This document shows positions 61,801 through 64,000 of a DNA stretch of 64,000 bases, in pieces. The stretch's first letter is position 1. Every line of letters begins with the position of its first letter. The notes beneath the pieces were generated by a model. That model made no database searches. It saw only the letters and a program-made list of their open reading frames with translations, and had not been told where the DNA came from. Origin of the DNA: Raillietiella orientalis (Eukaryota); assembly GCA_036172245.1 (NCBI GenBank), contig JAYWIR010000016.1, positions 1,054,001 to 1,118,000 on the forward strand, written 5' to 3'. Both the position numbers and the translations under genes were made by a program.

Positions 61801-63950
61801 CTGACGCTATCCTTGTTAAATGACATGGGAATATCTATAAAATTGCATTTTCCAAGGGAGACAGTTAGACTGAATTAAAAAATAGCTGAGAACATCTAAT
61901 CATCGGCATGCAAACGAAAAGTCCACCATCAAGTATTTCTAACGTACGAACTCATGTTTGTGTGCACATTTCCGCACATTCGAGCACAATCCTATTTAGA
62001 ATTAGATTCCAAAACTGCTTTTACAAATTGTTTGCTGATCTCGAAAACGTTGCTTCTTCTTCGAAAGACATCTTTCACTAGAAAAACGATTGTGGCTGTG
62101 GCCACAGCAGTGTTCTCAGAGCACAGCAATGCCTTTGGCTCGGTTAAGATTCGGGAGGATAAATGGCAACTGGAATCAGAAATGCCACTGCGCCACGGGC
62201 GTTGCACCGAGTTCTCCGTAGAAAATCAAAGCATCCCGTTACCGCTGCAAAAGTTGTGAAGTGCAAGGCGGTTCTTGCGAAATGCACTTTTTGAAATCGC
62301 TGCACTTAGCATTTATTACAATGAGACACATTTGGCATTGTGGCATTATCAAAGACCTCAGCCGACGGGATTTGCGATGCGATTCCTGTGGAAAACAGGA
62401 CGATGTTAATCCTACGTTACTGGGGTGTGGTGCAATCTGCAAATTGTGTATCTGGAATTATACACAGAGCTCGAAAATATAAACCGTACGAACAAGAAGA
62501 AATATGCAGAGTTGATGGTTTTATTGCAGGGAACACGGCAGTATGCAAATTACATCAACAGTGCAGTAAACTATCTGGCCCGTCAGGCGCCACTCTTAAG
62601 CGACCTTTATGCATCGGCCATAGCTTGCTTTGCCCTGCATAGAGTAAATCATCCCCTATCTAATGTACTTTTAGAAAAACTGGAGAGATTCGCTAGAACA
62701 GAAGGTAATCTGAAATAAGAGACTCACAAGGCTAATTTCATTTAAGATGATATGAGGTACTTTAATTACAACAAAACTTTCCCCAAAAACGCGCCTTGGT
62801 TTTCGTCAGCGACTTCATCGGAGATTGAACTGAACAGCTACATACTAATGGTATATTTGGAGAAAGACTACAAACTACAAGCCCAAGAAATGCTTGTTTG
62901 GTTATTACATCAAAGAAACAAAAAAGGAACTTTTGACACTGTTCTGGTAAGCCAATATCCTTAAATGCATCTTTAATATCATCCAATAGGCAACCATAGC
63001 AGGACTGGAAGCCATCAGCGCTGCTGCTCCTCTTATGGCGCCAACGTCAGCAGAAGTCAGCATTCATCAAGATAACATTCTTAAGAAAAACATATTCTTG
63101 TCGAAAACATCTCCACTGAACTACCTTTCGCATAAAGTAAAGTGCCCAAAATCAGAACTTGTAAATTTCCTTTCCACAGCTTGATTCAACCAAAAATATC
63201 CTGATTAAGGCCAGAGGTAAAGGTCATGCCATCCTTGAGATCACCCTTTCGTATTCCCTGAATGTGAGTGGGGCCTATCCCTCATTCAAATTGGATCCCC
63301 AAGTGGACAAAAATTCAGATCGCTATTATTTGCAAATGAGTATTTGCACAAGGTACATGCAATCTCAAGAAACACATATTAAACATCTTTTAAGTTTTAA
63401 TGAAAAAGCGTCGTCAAACATGGTCATCATGGATGTTTCTTTGCCGTCGGGATTCACAGCTGACCAAGAGATAATACATGGTATCGATCGAAAGTACTGG
63501 GATGACATTAAACTCGTAGAAACTAAAAATCGTGGGCAAGGTTTCTTTATTTACTTTGAAAAGGTAACGACATGAAAAACGCAAAATTGTACACAGTTCT
63601 ACATTTAGCTAAATGAGACGGAGGTGTGTGCAACCGTTTCTGGTTACCGCACACATCTGGTAGCCCATCAGCAACCAGTAGCTGTGAAGGTGTATGACTA
63701 CTACAACATCAGTAAGTAATCTGCAAATTTGACGATGATGTCACTGCGATAATCCTTTTTAGCTCGCCAGGCACGTATTTTCTATCAACCAGAGATTACC
63801 TCTGTTTGTGAGATCTGTCAGCCACCATGTTCATTGGGAAAATGCTCTATATCGAGCAAACTGGAAAAAAACGAAATGACATCAGGAAGCAATAGTCCCT
63901 TAATTCACTTATCGCTACTTTCCATACCTCTATTTGTTTCCTGGAAGTAG
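38388..63950 (+). CDS. CD109: Thioester-containing-protein family member (CD109/insect TEP3-like, A2M fold), about 1410 aa, 27 coding exons; signal peptide, degenerate thioester site, GPI-anchor-like tail
   Basis: Phase-consistent exons: 38388-38443 (MTSAAFLFPWIFSFAYSLP), 41820-42009, 49310-49534 (VFVQTDKAAY), 49593-49843 (FTVAEYILPKFQ), 51880-52038, 52131-52302 (FKPGLKF), 54121-54300, 54382-54483, 54589-54846, 55582-55725 (SYVGLMGIDEGAVLLKSGNEI), 56334-56402, 56522 (or 56510)-56570, 58261-58405 (TRPPLAGPYAFSRIP), 58455-58572, 58625-58811, 58872-59032, 59229-59367, 61020-61138, 61184-61323 (RHEDGSFSTFG), 61382-61598, 62530-62704, 62747-62946, 62990-63136, 63180-63352 (LDPQVDKNS), 63395-63563 (SNMVIMDVSLPSGF), 63609-63711 (VKVYDYY), 63763-63950 (CEIC...C...C, SGS and a hydrophobic tail). 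The symbol denotes the family, not proven orthology. Confidence 0.92.
38800..39040 (-). mobile_element. Possible Maverick/Polinton pPolB N-terminal fragment in TEP intron 1
   Basis: VLHREIFAGEDAVDIFITRL...PLEALTDLQR resembles the 'YRGEDAxEKFIxRL...PMxPLTxEQ' segment of Polinton-like polymerases. A single weak match. Confidence 0.25.
42657..43203 (-). mobile_element. Structured SINE-like repeat, copy D (internally deleted), in TEP intron 2
   Basis: Minus-strand head GGCACCTGGCGTCGCGAGTTCGAACC (near 43147-43172). Body homologous to copy C (GATACCCTCC, GCCTCTCCAGAG, GAGAAGCGCG-TGCTCCCTTC). 3' stem-loop at 42657-42696. Confidence 0.7.
44176..44625. repeat. Higher-order minisatellite: two near-identical 113-bp units plus degenerate units
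   Basis: Unit starts at 44176, 44289 and 44402 (period 113). Each unit is built from six 13-24-nt variants of ATGAATGGAGTAGGACGAG. Confidence 0.85.
44760..46540 (-). mobile_element. Decayed Gypsy pol remnant (RNase H to integrase) in TEP intron 2
   Basis: Minus-strand fragments in order: ADVCSSAIAG and WKRLPLLRFSS (like TDAS..AIGA and WQPLAFFS), ARYLPFEG*P, APPSRPCVLL (like PLPPSxGxxYLL), and EWARAPQGLL...CIRT...LDHPSAQFANGSPYRL (like WxxxLPxVLLGIRT...SSAELVYGxPLRL). Confidence 0.42.
46792..48555 (+). mobile_element. Structured SINE-like repeat, copy C (longest; interrupted by an 821-bp insertion)
   Basis: Head GACCGCGTGGCTGC...GCCGTCGCGGGTTCGAACTC (B box 46844-46854). Homology to copy A stops near 46957 and resumes near 47779. 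Core at 48273-48373, A-rich tract about 48418-48465, 3' stem-loop 48516-48555. Confidence 0.72.
46958..47778. mobile_element. Unidentified 821-bp insertion inside repeat copy C
   Basis: Absent from copies A and D. Flanked by GTGCT direct repeats (46953-46957 and 47779-47783). Noticeably less GC-rich than its surroundings, with AATAAA on the minus strand near 46990. Confidence 0.5.
51005..51165 (+). repeat. Dispersed repeat fragment, shared with 55268-55390
   Basis: CCCCTCCGGGCAGCTCTGGAGGG and GGACAGGTTCC-CGG...TCCGCT-GCCT-CAG occur both here and at 55268-55390, in different TEP introns. Confidence 0.6.
55268..55390 (+). repeat. Dispersed repeat fragment, shared with 51005-51165
   Basis: Same CCCCTCCGGGCAGCTCTGGAGGG and GGACAGGTTCC blocks, lying within the 735-nt TEP intron. 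Confidence 0.6.
57770..58010 (-). mobile_element. RTE-clade LINE C-terminal remnant
   Basis: CKRLDSNRARFCRASIRITW, FLHAVRLPKIENQLL and LLPEAILSSSQLTAG...LLFRD parallel the RTE segment KRLxxFHxRCLRRILxIxW...VLxRAxLPSIE...RLPKxILYGEL...LRFKD. Confidence 0.5.
62000..62300 (+). mobile_element. Possible piggyBac transposase C-terminal Cys-rich remnant in a TEP intron
   Basis: Frameshifted GRCTEF / KIKASRYRCKSCEVQGGSCEMH resembles the piggyBac cysteine-rich domain. No termini found. Confidence 0.33.
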
Positions 63951-64000
63951 TTACTCTGTTTTTTCAGTTTTTTTTCGTTTTTTAATCATATTCCACAAGA

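Overview
Eukaryotic (arthropod-like) genomic DNA with GT-AG introns, many only 39-58 nt long. Four genes could be reconstructed by hand with consistent splice phases. (1) EPS8/arouser, + 5726-10839, with an alternative short C-terminus at 8394. (2) WBP2, - 10974-12424. (3) CIAO2B/FAM96B, - 15109-15724. (4) A ~1410-aa CD109/insect-TEP-like gene, + 38388-63950, with a signal peptide and a GPI-anchor-like tail. In this TEP the thioester motif GCGEQ is replaced by SSGEH and the catalytic His position is Val. The window has sharp compositional domains: AT-rich and CpG-poor over the housekeeping genes, very GC- and CpG-rich from about 23.8 to 59.1 kb, then AT-richer again. The TEP gene crosses the second boundary, so its codon usage switches mid-gene. 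The intergenic region and large introns hold many decayed transposons: an hAT relic with a nested IS3EU/GingerRoot-like element, an AT-rich foldback element, and LINE, Gypsy, BEL/Pao and other relics. There are also four copies of an unidentified repeat with a tRNA-like head, repeated CTTCGG hairpins and a 3' stem-loop. Most long ORFs in the GC-rich domain look like composition artefacts. All family assignments come from motif recognition by eye; no database search was run.
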